Assembly (NCBI GenBank): GCA_040954595.2
Contig: CM082595.2
Span: 519,690 to 583,689, forward strand
DNA from: Balanoglossus misakiensis
Taxonomy: Eukaryota > Animalia > Hemichordata
Length of the DNA: 64,000 nt
Reading direction: 5' to 3'
Positions 24,301 through 35,107 of this stretch are shown one piece after another (positions within the stretch are counted from its first letter, which is position 1; each line of letters opens with the position of its first letter). The notes under the pieces are model-generated. The model saw nothing but the letters and a program-made list of their open reading frames with translations, was not told where the DNA came from and ran no database searches. The position numbers and the translations under genes were made by a program.

Positions 24301-25634
24301 AGTAGCATGTAGTGAGTGGCCAATGACAACATCACTGGGGCACTAGAATTTCTCAATTATTTTCTAGACCTCTGATTACGTTTAAAAATTTATCTTCCAT
24401 TGAGGTTTGGTTTCGTGTGGCATTATCCTTGAACTATCTAAACAAGGAATGAAAGGCCAAGATGGAACTTCAAGGCTGTGGGCTGGTCAACTTAAATTTA
24501 GTTGAAAACCATGTGACCTTAAAATGGCCTTTAGTAAAAGGATAGTGACTTTGACAGACCATAAACATACCTATTGTAATAATGGAGTTTTTTCATATGT
24601 AAATATAGGTGTTGGCTATTGTTCATTTCATTTGTCAATAAATAACAATAATTGTTACACATACTATTATACAATTCTCACTGAGCATGCAGAATAAGAC
24701 TGAAGTTTATTCAAAGAAGAAAAATTCTGAAATATGACCAAAAGTTACAGTACACTAAATGTCCCTTTAAACCTCACAGCACAAACTTGGTTGTGAACTG
24801 AAACTTACACTACTTCATTTCAATAATGACTGTTGTATTGACATTGTGAAATCGTAAAACGCGGCCCTTTTGTAGAGTAAAAGACGTGATATGACAATGG
24901 CATGTGATCAAATCATAAAGTTGAATGCCGTATGCCTGCCCTGCGGATATCCCAGCCATTCAAAACAAACTCTGTCGACGAGACTTCCTGACTTGGGACG
25001 TGCAAGCGTGTGTGTCCGCCGGGCACACACATACAGCACCGGCCGATCGTATGCTGCTTGGGCACTAAAGTCAAGCGACGTGACAATTTGCACTCTTTGA
25101 GAAAACACCTTAGCTTTATCACTTGTCATATTACTTTGATCACGATTGATGCTTTCTTGATGAAAGTCTAAACAATACTGCGATCAGCGTCCGTCGAGAC
25201 AGCCACGTAGGCAGGCGTATTGAATTTCGGAGGGGGGTCACTTGACCCGGTACCCCCGGGGGTTCTCCAATTCACCAGCTGAACTTTTGGTGATCTGGCC
25301 AAAAGTCGCCTTGAATAATTTTCTCTTTGCTCGGATTTGCCGTCTGAGTTTGCAACCATGCAACCAGACAGTCAACGATTACGAAAATTCCGAAAGAAGT
25401 CTCTCGATCGTTGGTCCTGGTTTACTTTAGAGAAGTAGTCAACAATATTCACAGTCAACGATATTCTGCAAATCGCGTCCCTGCTTCAGATACATCTTAC
25501 ACATGTATATAACAATTAATATAATTACTCTTACCTTCTGATTCTGCACAAATCAGCGACTTTTCCGCAACCAAAATAAAGATGAGAAAGAGAACTGCTA
25601 GAAAGTTCAAACTGAGAATGCCTTGACTCGCCAT
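18377..25634 (-). CDS. PLOD: PLOD-B: multifunctional lysyl hydroxylase/glycosyltransferase, LH3-like (~738 aa, 17 exons)
   Basis: Exons 25634-25535, 23692-23589, 23406-23270, 22918-22804, 22679-22518, 22133-22070, 21720-21521, 21400-21269, 21159-21038, 20822-20721, 20594-20469, 20271-20139, 19985-19866, 19635-19570, 19331-19080, 18790-18665, 18532-18377 sum to 2217 nt. Signal peptide [30 protein letters not shown]; intact [57 protein letters not shown]. Confidence 0.95.
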
Positions 25635-25982
25635 CTTGATGATCTGGATCGGGTCTTGGACTGAACCACTTCTGTCGGAGGGACGTCTTAATATAATCCG
25701 GTGAACGAAGGCAGTCAGTTAGTGATGGTCACCGAGGGCGCTCACATTCCCTATAATTATTATATTTTAGCATAGTTTTAAATGCTAAAAAGACTATTTT
25801 AAGTAACCCCCATCTATTAACTATGGTTTCAGTGTGGCATGAGTAGCTTTGTATTTTTATCTTGAAGGGATATACTAGCGCTCTCTTTAATAATTCCTTG
25901 GTACATTGAAAATACAAATAAACCAAAATCATGGAAAACCACGATAAATTCTCGATTTGTCACACTCGAAAAGGCTTGCGTG

Positions 25983-26026
25983 CAAAACAAAACAAAACAA
26001 AACAAAACAAAACAAAACAAAACAAA
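25983..26026. repeat. (CAAAA)n microsatellite
   Basis: About 8-9 CAAAA units. Confidence 0.9.
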
Positions 26027-26053
26027 CTAAAATAAAATGAATAGCAAGTTGGC

Positions 26054-26175
26054 AAAAGAGGTCAAGCACCGGCTAGGGAACCTATTCCAGCGATAGCAAT
26101 TTATAACTTGAACTTTAAGTGAAAGGAAACAAATTATACATCACTTAAGCCTATCCTCCCTGGCCTCCGGACCTC
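26054..26175 (-). ncRNA. Y RNA-like gene 1 (~122 nt)
   Basis: Minus strand 5'-GAGGUCCGGAGGCCAGGGA...UCCCUAGCCGGUGCUUGACCUC-UUUU. Lower stem GAGGUC/GACCUC with bulged C and the canonical CUUGAC, upper stem GGC-AGGGA/UCCCU-GCC, U4 terminator. Confidence 0.78.
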
Positions 26176-26200
26176 AGTTTTAATTCCACGCGGCATGAAG

Positions 26201-26243
26201 TTTTAAACCAGACACTGTCCACAAAACATAATGTGTGGTGAGT
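26201..26243 (-). promoter_or_regulatory. Type-3 Pol III promoter (PSE-like + TATA) of Y-like gene 1
   Basis: TCACCACACATTATG starts at about -66 (26241); TTTAAAA at -32 to -26 (26207-26201). Confidence 0.6.
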
Positions 26244-27089
26244 AACGTTAATTCAATATAGTGCGTGTCAACCATGATGTTTCTACTAGCTTCAGGTTAC
26301 TGGTCGTACAGCTTTATCACGAGGTGGTGCTATCTTTTTAAAGTTCACTTTCTTCAAGTTGAGTGGGGTGTTTAATATCTAGCCGGAAAGTTCCAAATCC
26401 TGTTTTAGTTTTAGATTGTTGTATTGTGTGATGGCGATCTCAGCCAGTGATATGCAACCCTCGTAGAAATCAGAGACGTATTTGGAAAGTCAGTCCCATA
26501 TTTGGCAAAGCTATTCAAATAGACAAACATATGTTTATAGCAGATACTCGAATATTTTGTTGCAGAGATTGGTTTTGATGTCATGTAGCCAAGGTACCAT
26601 ACCATACGTGTTTCTTTTCGACGAACATTTGCAATGTAAGCTATATAGCAACGATGCACTCGCCATTATCTCACAAGTAATTCCAAAAATTACTCGATAT
26701 TTTTATCGCCTTCAATACGTTTTTCAGACAGTCAAAGAATGTGAGTTGAAGTATCATTTTGTTTCGCGGATTTAGGTCAACATGACTGACAGGACAACAT
26801 AAAATGATTAACGCACGCGCAGGTATAATTGAACGTGTCGCGTTTGTTTCCATGGTGACTCGTAAGAGTTCAGCATTTAAAAAGGTGCTACGGAATAATA
26901 ATTTCTTTGAAGAATGTTTTGCGAGACTATACTCAAGTCACAGTCTTATTCAGGCCACTGCAAAAATGACTGAAAAAGTGAAGAAAACTCATGAAAATCT
27001 AAGTAAAGAAGATATCGGAAAATTGTCAAAAACCAAACGGCTGAAAAAGAGGAAATAGGGCAAAATTCGCAAAATATTTAAATAATACT

Positions 27090-27243
27090 AAAAGGAGGTC
27101 GAACTGCGGTATTAGGGTATAATCTATGACGTAATCATTCACGAAGACTGATTAGCATATGAGAAGCGACTACAAGAATCACCATAATATATAGCAAATT
27201 AAACCATTTTCATACATAAATGTCCTATACCTCCGGACCTCCC
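27090..27243 (-). ncRNA. Y RNA-like gene 2 (~154 nt)
   Basis: 5'-GGGAGGUCCGGAGGUAUAGG...CCUAAUACCGCAGUUCGACCUCC-UUUU. GGAGGUC/GACCUCC, bulged C, GGA/UUC, GCAG bulge, GGUAU-AGG/CCU-AUACC. Same layout as human Y1 (GGCUGGUCCGAAGGUAGUG...CACUACUGCACUUGACUAGUCUUU). Confidence 0.82.
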
Positions 27244-27269
27244 TGCCCAGGTTCGACAACTGAAAACGG

Positions 27270-27311
27270 TTTTATGTCTCCATTTTACTTCTGAAATCTT
27301 TCAACGGTTAG
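27270..27311 (-). promoter_or_regulatory. Type-3 Pol III promoter (PSE-like + TATA) of Y-like gene 2
   Basis: TAACCGTTGAAAGATTTC starts at about -67 (27310); ATAAAA at -32 to -27. Confidence 0.6.
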
Positions 27312-28058
27312 AGTGCATTACCTCGACTGAATGATATATATTATCTCTCCGACTCTCCGTTTCTTATCGTGAATATCAGATAGTGTTCGTTTCAGAAGCG
27401 AGAAAAAATGAAAATGATGATGATTTTGAGCTGGTTACATTCCGAGGAGCATCTAAGTAATATTATCTTGGATACTATTTCATTTGTACGCAGTAGTGTT
27501 GGATTGTGGTATTGGAATAACACAGAAGCATTTTTTATCATAAATTATTACGTCTAATGTATACCTTTAACTTTCCTGGCGCAAAGATCGCCCTCGTGTG
27601 GTAAATGAACAAATCTTAGAAAGTGAGAGTTGCTAGGAAACAACTGAGAGTGGAGAGAGTTTGTTTGTATCTTTCTGGTGAACCGTTTGATATTTGCTGG
27701 GGTTGAATATATATACTTCAAGCGCAATATTTAAAAAAGTTCGAATTCGTTTGTTTAGATATATTAATATGTTGCGAATACATATACTGTAACTGCCCTG
27801 GGTAAAGTAATGGCTGATATTAATGGATATACCCACGCGTGTCCCTATCCTGATAATTACATGATGACAATGAATGTTTGATCCCCGAAAATTGAAAGCT
27901 GAAAGCCAATGAAAAAGCAACGTTGGAGCTCTGAAGTTTGCAGTTTGTATACATCTGTGTAAACTTTACAGTAAAGATATAACACTTTGACTATGAACAA
28001 GGTAAAAATAATTATGAATATTACTTTAATAGTTAATTTATTATAATGTTTCAAAATC

Positions 28059-28211
28059 AAAAGAGAGGTCGAAACGTGGTATTGAGAGATTGCCATGACA
28101 GCGTCATTCACAACGAGACATAAGCAATTAGCGACTACTAGAATCACCATATTTTTTATAACAAATTATTATCAATTATATGAAACTTGTCCCATTACCT
28201 CCGGACCTCCC
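28059..28211 (-). ncRNA. Y RNA-like gene 3 (~153 nt)
   Basis: 5'-GGGAGGUCCGGAGGUAAUGGGA...UCUCAAUACCACGUUUCGACCUCUC-UUUU. GGGAGGUC/GACCUCUC, bulged C, GGA/UUC, 4-nt bulge, GGUA-UGGGA/UCUCA-UACC. Loop homologous to gene 2. Confidence 0.82.
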
Positions 28212-28233
28212 TATCTATTCTGTAGATCAGCTT

Positions 28234-28280
28234 TTCTATAAGTAGCTTTCTTTTTAAGTGAAATATCTTTTAGTGGTGAC
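28234..28280 (-). promoter_or_regulatory. Type-3 Pol III promoter (PSE-like + TATA) of Y-like gene 3
   Basis: TCACCACTAAAAGATATTTC starts at about -68 (28279); TTATAGAA at -30 to -23. Confidence 0.6.
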
Positions 28281-28849
28281 ACTCAAGACACAGACATCAT
28301 ATCAATATTTGCTTTGGTAGAAGTTCTTACCGAATTTTTAAAAAGACCTAGGTGAAAATGTGAACCAAATGTTATTATTCTGTCGTTGCTTATTAAAATG
28401 GTTCCAGAAGTATCCCGATGTACCGAAAATCCAGACCCTTTCTCAGTCATTGTGGAATTTGAAATGAATAGTATGCAGGAATGTTTCTTTATCATAAATT
28501 ATAATCCATTTCTGCCAGCCGCAATAGCGCCCCAAGCGGTCGTGAACAAATCTTGTACGATGAAGTGCAAGTGTGTTGTGTTGTGTGCGGGGTGGGGATG
28601 GGTGGGAGACCAGTTATTTTCGCGGAGAAACTTACGGTACTGTTAGTTATTACCGCAACCTCTGCGAAAAGAAATATGCAGTAAACCTTCGACTCACAAC
28701 TTGAAAGCATAAACCAGGAGGGAAGACCGTGATGAAACAAACCAATTTTAGAGGTTCAAAAAGCATATAGACACTTTTTCATTACCAGATCTTACAACAA
28801 AACGTAAAATTGTATCTTTCAGACTTCAGTAAAGAAATGTCGGAGGTAT

Positions 28850-29296
28850 CTGTGACGCAAGTATGTTGTATAAAAGCCCGAAGAAAACTTTAAGATAAAC
28901 ATCCAACTACTAAAATGTGTTCAGCATACGATGTAAAATAATCCTGTGAACTTGCGTCATGGATATTATGCCTACAAGTGTTTTGAAATATGTTTTTTTA
29001 AATACTCGCAAGTAAACATTGTAAACAAATTTCGTCTAAAATGTGTAGTTTCGTGACGTCATGGACTGGGACTGAATTAATAATTTAGTATGTGACGTTA
29101 CATTTCCATCCTGCGCATGCGTTCATTTGAGCTCTTTGGGGTTTCCCGACATTCAACACAGGGGCACCGCACCCTCGGAGCGAAGAGAAAAGAAAATAAT
29201 AATTGTAGACTGATATCAACGATTTGAGGAACGTTTACTTGATTTTACAGGCGATCCATCGGGTGTTGCCCACCACCAATTTGTAGTAGAGTAAGT
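28850..29296 (+). promoter_or_regulatory. Probable promoter and non-coding first exon of the G-beta gene
   Basis: CpG-enriched; palindromic CRE TGACGTCA (29054-29061) plus three CRE-like half sites, NRF1-type TGCGCATGCG (29112-29121), donor GTAAGT at 29291. The ATG exon has an acceptor (TTGCAG, ~36496) upstream, implying a 5'UTR intron. Linkage is inferred. Confidence 0.5.
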
Positions 29297-32200
29297 AAGC
29301 TTTCAATTCATCTCACTTTCGTAGTCATCGTTTTTGCAATACAAATATAAATTGTAGTTTTGTAGTCGTACGTCGCCGGCATCGTAGGCCGATATTTGAA
29401 TGAAGCGTCGAAAGACATAGCTTGTGACTTCGTCTGCATCTGTATTTATTTGGGAAAATGCATATGAATATTGCACGATCGGTATTTATACTGGTAGGCA
29501 CAGGTGTTCGTTTGGTATTTCCAGGTGTACTTTGTTAGCCATTACCGATTTTTGTGCACCGTACCCGTCTGTGTCAAAGACGCAAGTGACAGCACCTCCA
29601 TCATAGCCCATGTATGTTTCAGTGTAGCTATCGAGATGTCTGCATAAAATACAATAATAATTTGCGAAAATATATTTTCATTCTTCTAGAGTTTCTTTTA
29701 AACCTTTCGAATGAGGAAAAAATTTTGCAATTTCGGAAAAATATTACTTGTATTTTTGCAGCCTGTAAACAGGCGCTGCGCTAAAATAAACGGTGTTTTT
29801 CTTAAATTTTATCGTGGAAAATATTCGATAAAATGGTGGAAAATAGCATGTCCGCCATGATGGATGCGGCGACGTTCCCGACTACTTGAAAAATAGATAG
29901 ATGTCAAATAATCGCGTTTATCCTATTTCCGATTTCCTAATGCAAATAAAAATATCATGTTTGGTTGCGAATTTTGTCAATACGAAAGTACCAAATGTTA
30001 GCGTGAAAGTGTTTTCTGTCGTGAAGATGTTCCCGAACAACGATGATAAGGGTTTGGTGAATTTCCAAGATGGCTGCCCTGCATAATGATTTACTTTACG
30101 GTGTTTTTGATGCAGAACTCCCAGACGGCTCTAGATTAGCTCGGATTTTATAACGTCTGGAGATATAAGATAATGATATCGATCGCCACTTCTTAATTTT
30201 TTTAAAAGTGCATTATCTCATGTGAAAGAAAAAGTTAGTCTTCACCAAGATACTCGAGAGAAATTGACATCAGTTCAGATGAAACATACATGTTGAAATC
30301 GACATCGTGGAAAGCGTTCTTGCTCAGTGTTTTAAGATTGTTTTAAATGCTATAGATAAGATTGCATAGTATGATACTGCATGAAATGGTAATCTTATAT
30401 GACCAGATTATATTTGTTTGGAACATGAGAACGTATAGTAGTTCATGCACGAATCTGAGATGCATTGTAGAGTAAAGTACATTTGGGCATGTGGGGATGC
30501 ATTTTATGTATTCTGGGAGCACAAGAATTTGTCACATATTGGTGTATTATGTACTCATTGTGGTTGAATTAAACCCTGCAGGATATTCATGTTGGTCTGA
30601 CCTGAAAGGGCACATCTACACAATACAGTTCTTCAGAGAGGATTGACTAAAGACTGAAATCATTGTGTTGGAAGTGACCTTGGTAGTCCCACCGAACAAA
30701 TTTGGGTCAGTTGTCAAATTCTTATATGTTTAATTTTCTAAGACCAGCTAAACGTGTGGGTGTGTACATTTAAAAGTTTATCAATGCAACTCCGCAAATG
30801 TGTTCATCTCCCAAATGTGTGGTGTGTTGAGAGAAGTGGGAGGGGCCACACATCTTGTGAAATCTTGTTGTTGTCAAACAAAGAAAACAGTCTTCTGTGA
30901 AATACACTCATTGAAACATTTTCATTATTTCTTCATTTTATCAAATTAATGCTCATGGTTGTCATATAGTTTTGATTTCCATGGATCAATACAAAGTAGT
31001 TGAGAAACCAAACTGTGTGATTTGTAGCTATCATTTGTACATTGCGTTGCTCATTTCGAGTAGAAGCCATTGTTTGTTCAATGCTTTATTGTTGCATGTG
31101 TTGTGGTGACATTTGTGCGAGTCATAAAAAATAATGGTTTGGAAAGAAAAGTTATTATTCATGGCAAACTCTGATTCACTGCAGTACTGTCAGTGTTTTG
31201 TGTTGTTCTTTTTTGACAGAATGAAGTGTGTGTTTTTTAAACCAGTCTTTTGTGTGTGAGCGAAAGTAGGTCACAAAGTTTGGTGGCTGTCACCTATGTT
31301 TTGTTGATGTGCTTGATGTATGGACCATGTTTTCTATGCTGTCTTTGGGTAGCAACCAGAAAAAAAAAATCCTGCCACTAGTCTGATTATGGTATCATGA
31401 CAGTGTCTAAATATTGCAACAGCATGTATGTACACAATGCTATGAATTTAGTAAGGCAGTTGAGTAGTGTTTTTGCCAAAACTCAAATTCTAGTAAATTA
31501 CACTGTAATAAATTTTATAACAGGCTTGCATACTGTTACTGTGGATAAATTTATAATGCTCACTGATTTCATTGCATTGTCTTAAGAATATTTGAAACTG
31601 TAATTTTAAGAATTTGTATAAGGTACATGTGCAAATATCCGTTGTATTTCAGAAGATCTGAAAATATATCTATGTTCAGTGCTGTTGATGTTAAATAGAC
31701 TATGGCTGAGTCTAAATAGGATAAGTCGATCACCAGTTAAAACAGGATAATTTATGCACATAATTTCCCTGAATTGTCTATTTTTACATGGTTAACATAC
31801 GGCTGTTACTGACTATAGTGTTAAATTTTGGTGGGGTATAGTTCATGTACTTTATTTTTATTAGAACATGTTTTGGTCATGACTTCATATATACATATTC
31901 CCCCGAAATCAGGACCCAGTTGTAAAATAGTTAAATTTGCCCAGGGACTGAAAATACCATGCTACATCATTCATGTTGTATGCTTCAAAAACTGTATATA
32001 ATTTTACAACTAGAATTTGTTTGCTCCCCAGCTTTATATACCCATTTTCTGTCGCAGGGGCATTCACTGTAGAATGTATCCCTAGTCTAGCCGTATCTCA
32101 AATTTCTGTACTGTAGTCACTACGTGTGCCTAGTACGGTGATTGTTCAGTTATTTATTGAATATTTATTGTCTGTTTAATTAGTTAAATGTATTAGAGTG

Positions 32201-34190
32201 CTCAGGCATATCCTAAGCTGGAACCAACTATACTCACAAAATTAATTCATATGCTTGTGTGAATATAAAATGTTCTGATTAAATACACTGTGATCCCAGT
32301 TTACTATCTAGTGCAGTCCAGGGTTCCCGGAATATGAAACAGACGTCCAAAATGACAGCTGCAATATTTAGAAAATGTAATTATGGTATTTATTTTATTC
32401 ACACAAATAAAATCTAGTTCACCCCCTTCTCTAAAACAAGAACATACTGGTACAGCTTTTGTTCATCTGTTATTAGCCCCATATTGCATGTGATCAGTTC
32501 ACTGTCCCAAAATTAGGTTACAGTAATAAATGGGCATGGGGCTGTTACTAGAGTTTTATGAAGTTTCTGTAAAAATTCTTATTAGAAGCCTTGGATTGTA
32601 AATGAGGAAACCCTTTGTCCGTTTCCCCAGAAATCTTACGTGTGGCTTTGTAATGGGCATAACAGAATTGTCTGGAAATTCTAAGCTGTACAGATTGATC
32701 AGGTACAAACTCTGATAGTCATTTTACAGCTATTAATATTGGGTGTGGCTTTCAAATAAGAATTAAATTGAGGGCACTGTAGCCCAAAATTGTGTTGGAT
32801 AGCATTTCTTCCGATAATGCACATTATGCAGTTGTGTATCAGAACACGTCAACTTCCATGTTTGATGCTTTGAATACCAGGAAAAAAGTGGTAAAGAGTG
32901 CCTGTCTCTTGATGACCTACTTTTGAACCTGCTTATATATTGTCTGTACTTATAATCCTACATGTTTGAAAAGTTTAGCACCATTCAATTCAGTGTCAAA
33001 CTTGGTTAGCTCTCGACTAACCAAATTAAAGCCTGCGTTAGCCCATTGCTAATGCTGAAGTATTACAATTTGATCATTAGCATACAACTGCATAAATAAC
33101 CATGTGCTGAAAAGTAGAAATTCCGTAGTTTGTCAGTTCCTGAGTAAAGTTGTAAAATATTGAAAAATGTGCAACCCTACAATAGTACATTTATTTCAAA
33201 AAATTGAGAATGTTATTGGTATTTGTAGTAACACACAGGATCAGTCGTCACACTTGATTAGGCATATGATGAAAATAGCCAACCTCCATTCATATGCATG
33301 TTATTTGCAGGTATTTGTGCTTGTTGCCATCCTCTCATAACATTTGGAGTTGCTAGGAGAGTGTTGCATTCAAAATACATACACAACTGTACATTGTCCA
33401 TTTCCCTGATGTGTCCCCATTTGTCAAATTATCTTGGAATACATTTCAATACATTGTGTATTGTTTTTATGCATGTGCAAGATTTGTATAGCTAGTATTA
33501 TGTATTTCTCAGAATGTCATGTGATTAGTGACATGTTTGAATGTCTATGTCATAGATAATTGAGTAAAACTTGTCTGAATTGGTTTGCCAACCCATTGGG
33601 CTTTCCTCAAGGATGGACAACTGGTACAGTCCCGGAGACATCAAGAACAAGAACAGGAAGTGATGTCATGATTGACTTCAATTTAGTGAACCTCAAAAGA
33701 ATTGTGTTCGCAACAGACGGCCAATCGAGATCAGAACAGATACCTTCAGACCCAGAACTACTACTGTGTATTTTATTTTTAAACCCAAATTGGAGAAAAG
33801 AAAAGATGGTTTCACAAACAGGATATGTTTGTGACTGTAAAAATAACTCTAGCATCTTTAGAAGTTTGAGCATCACAGATGCGTCATACGGTAATTGTTA
33901 ATTACTGTACGTCACTGATGTGTGTTCCCAGACTGTGCTTCATGGTCACTGGCAGCTGTCCATTTACAGCCCATCCACCATAGATACTTTGGAAGTGTTG
34001 TTACCAATGGTGTGAATTGTACCAGTGGTCGATAGCATTTGTCTGTTGCAGTATAGTCAAATCCAGATTGTGGCAAATAATGTGAGAAGTATTTCAAGTT
34101 GAAGTGTATGAAAGCGAAATAGATGAGAGCATGTACTGACTTGAGGTAGTAGTATCTTAGGAAATGGAAATTCATGTATTACTGCAATGG

Positions 34191-34324
34191 TACCGTCAAA
34201 CCTGTCTATAGTGGCCAGTCAAGGGACTTTCCTAAGCTGGCCTTTATAGACAGGTCAATTAATGTGTATGTAAATTGCACAGGGGTGGCCACTATATAGA
34301 GGTTGAAACTAACATTTGACTGTA
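34191..34324. mobile_element. Tc1/mariner (pogo/Tigger-like) MITE
   Basis: TA-CCGTCAAA ... TTTGACTG-TA termini; internal ACCTGTCTATA/TATAGACAGGT and TATAGTGGCCA/TGGCCACTATA inverted motifs. Related fragment at ~5244-5358. Confidence 0.6.
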
Positions 34325-35013
34325 CTGTGTATACATGTCAATTGGTGTTTTCTCAAGAATTCTATCAAAAGTACAGGTTCTATTACTTGTGCAAGAGTAT
34401 GGAATGTGAGTGTATGATCATATTACATAGGTTTATGAAATGAAGAAAACAGTGACGTGGTTCTTTTGATGAAAACATCGACATGGATCTGACAGTGTGT
34501 GAAAAATCCCATCTGTATCTTTGTTTCCCACATCAGTTTATATGTGCATATGACCATGGTGTATGATTGTATTCAAAAGTGATTGCAATTTGCACACAGA
34601 CGTTTGTGTATTGATTTTTGTTTCCCAAGCTGACAAAAACATGAATGTGTTCTTCAAGCCGTGAAAAAAGGCGTGAATATTTCTTCGTATATGCAAAATA
34701 AAGAGGATTCTGACAAAGACTTCCAGCTACATGGAAATGTACAAGTATCTGTATTGAGCAGTTTTCGCATTTTCAGTTACAACATGAAATCTGCTTTCAT
34801 ACTCAGAGATAAAACAAAATGGTAGAAAGTATTCAGTTTAATGAATACGAAACTAGCTTAATTAATTAATTTTCTAAGTAGTTAGGATTCCATGGAATGG
34901 AACGGATAAAATGAGAATCGTGTATGAATTGTTTGATGAAAGTAGCTTGGGTGATGATGTGTGTAACTGACAAATACTACATTTACCAGTGAATATTGTG
35001 TGATAAGTTGCAT

Positions 35014-35107
35014 TTAACCCTTTCACCCGTGTTCCCTCTTTAGAGGTCCAACCGTACCATAGAAAGAACAATGGGTTTGGACTGGACCATAGTGGTGAAA
35101 GGGTTAA
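35014..35107. mobile_element. Full-length piggyBac-like MITE (TTAA target duplication)
   Basis: TTAA-CCCTTTCACC ... GGTGAAAGGG-TTAA perfect termini. Related fragments at ~2875, 8027, 8613, 19760 and 21754. Confidence 0.75.

Noticed and set aside
24880-25500. Telomerase RNA, RNase P/MRP, SRP or hammerhead identity for the structured intron segment
   Set aside because: No TAACCC template, no correctly ordered CR-I/CR-V pair, no SRP helix-8 motif and no CUGAUGA core were found.
26804-27058. 84-aa Lys-rich ORF between Y-like genes 1 and 2
   Set aside because: No recognisable homology or splice partner; explained by A-rich composition.
26054-28211. The three repeats as MITEs, tRNAs, vault RNAs or micro-exons
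   Set aside because: Terminal pairing has a conserved bulge and strand-specific G-U pairs, with a one-sided T4 run, no target duplication, no cloverleaf or A-box, and conserved upstream PSE/TATA spacing. The GAG|GTA donor-like site is absent in copy 1.
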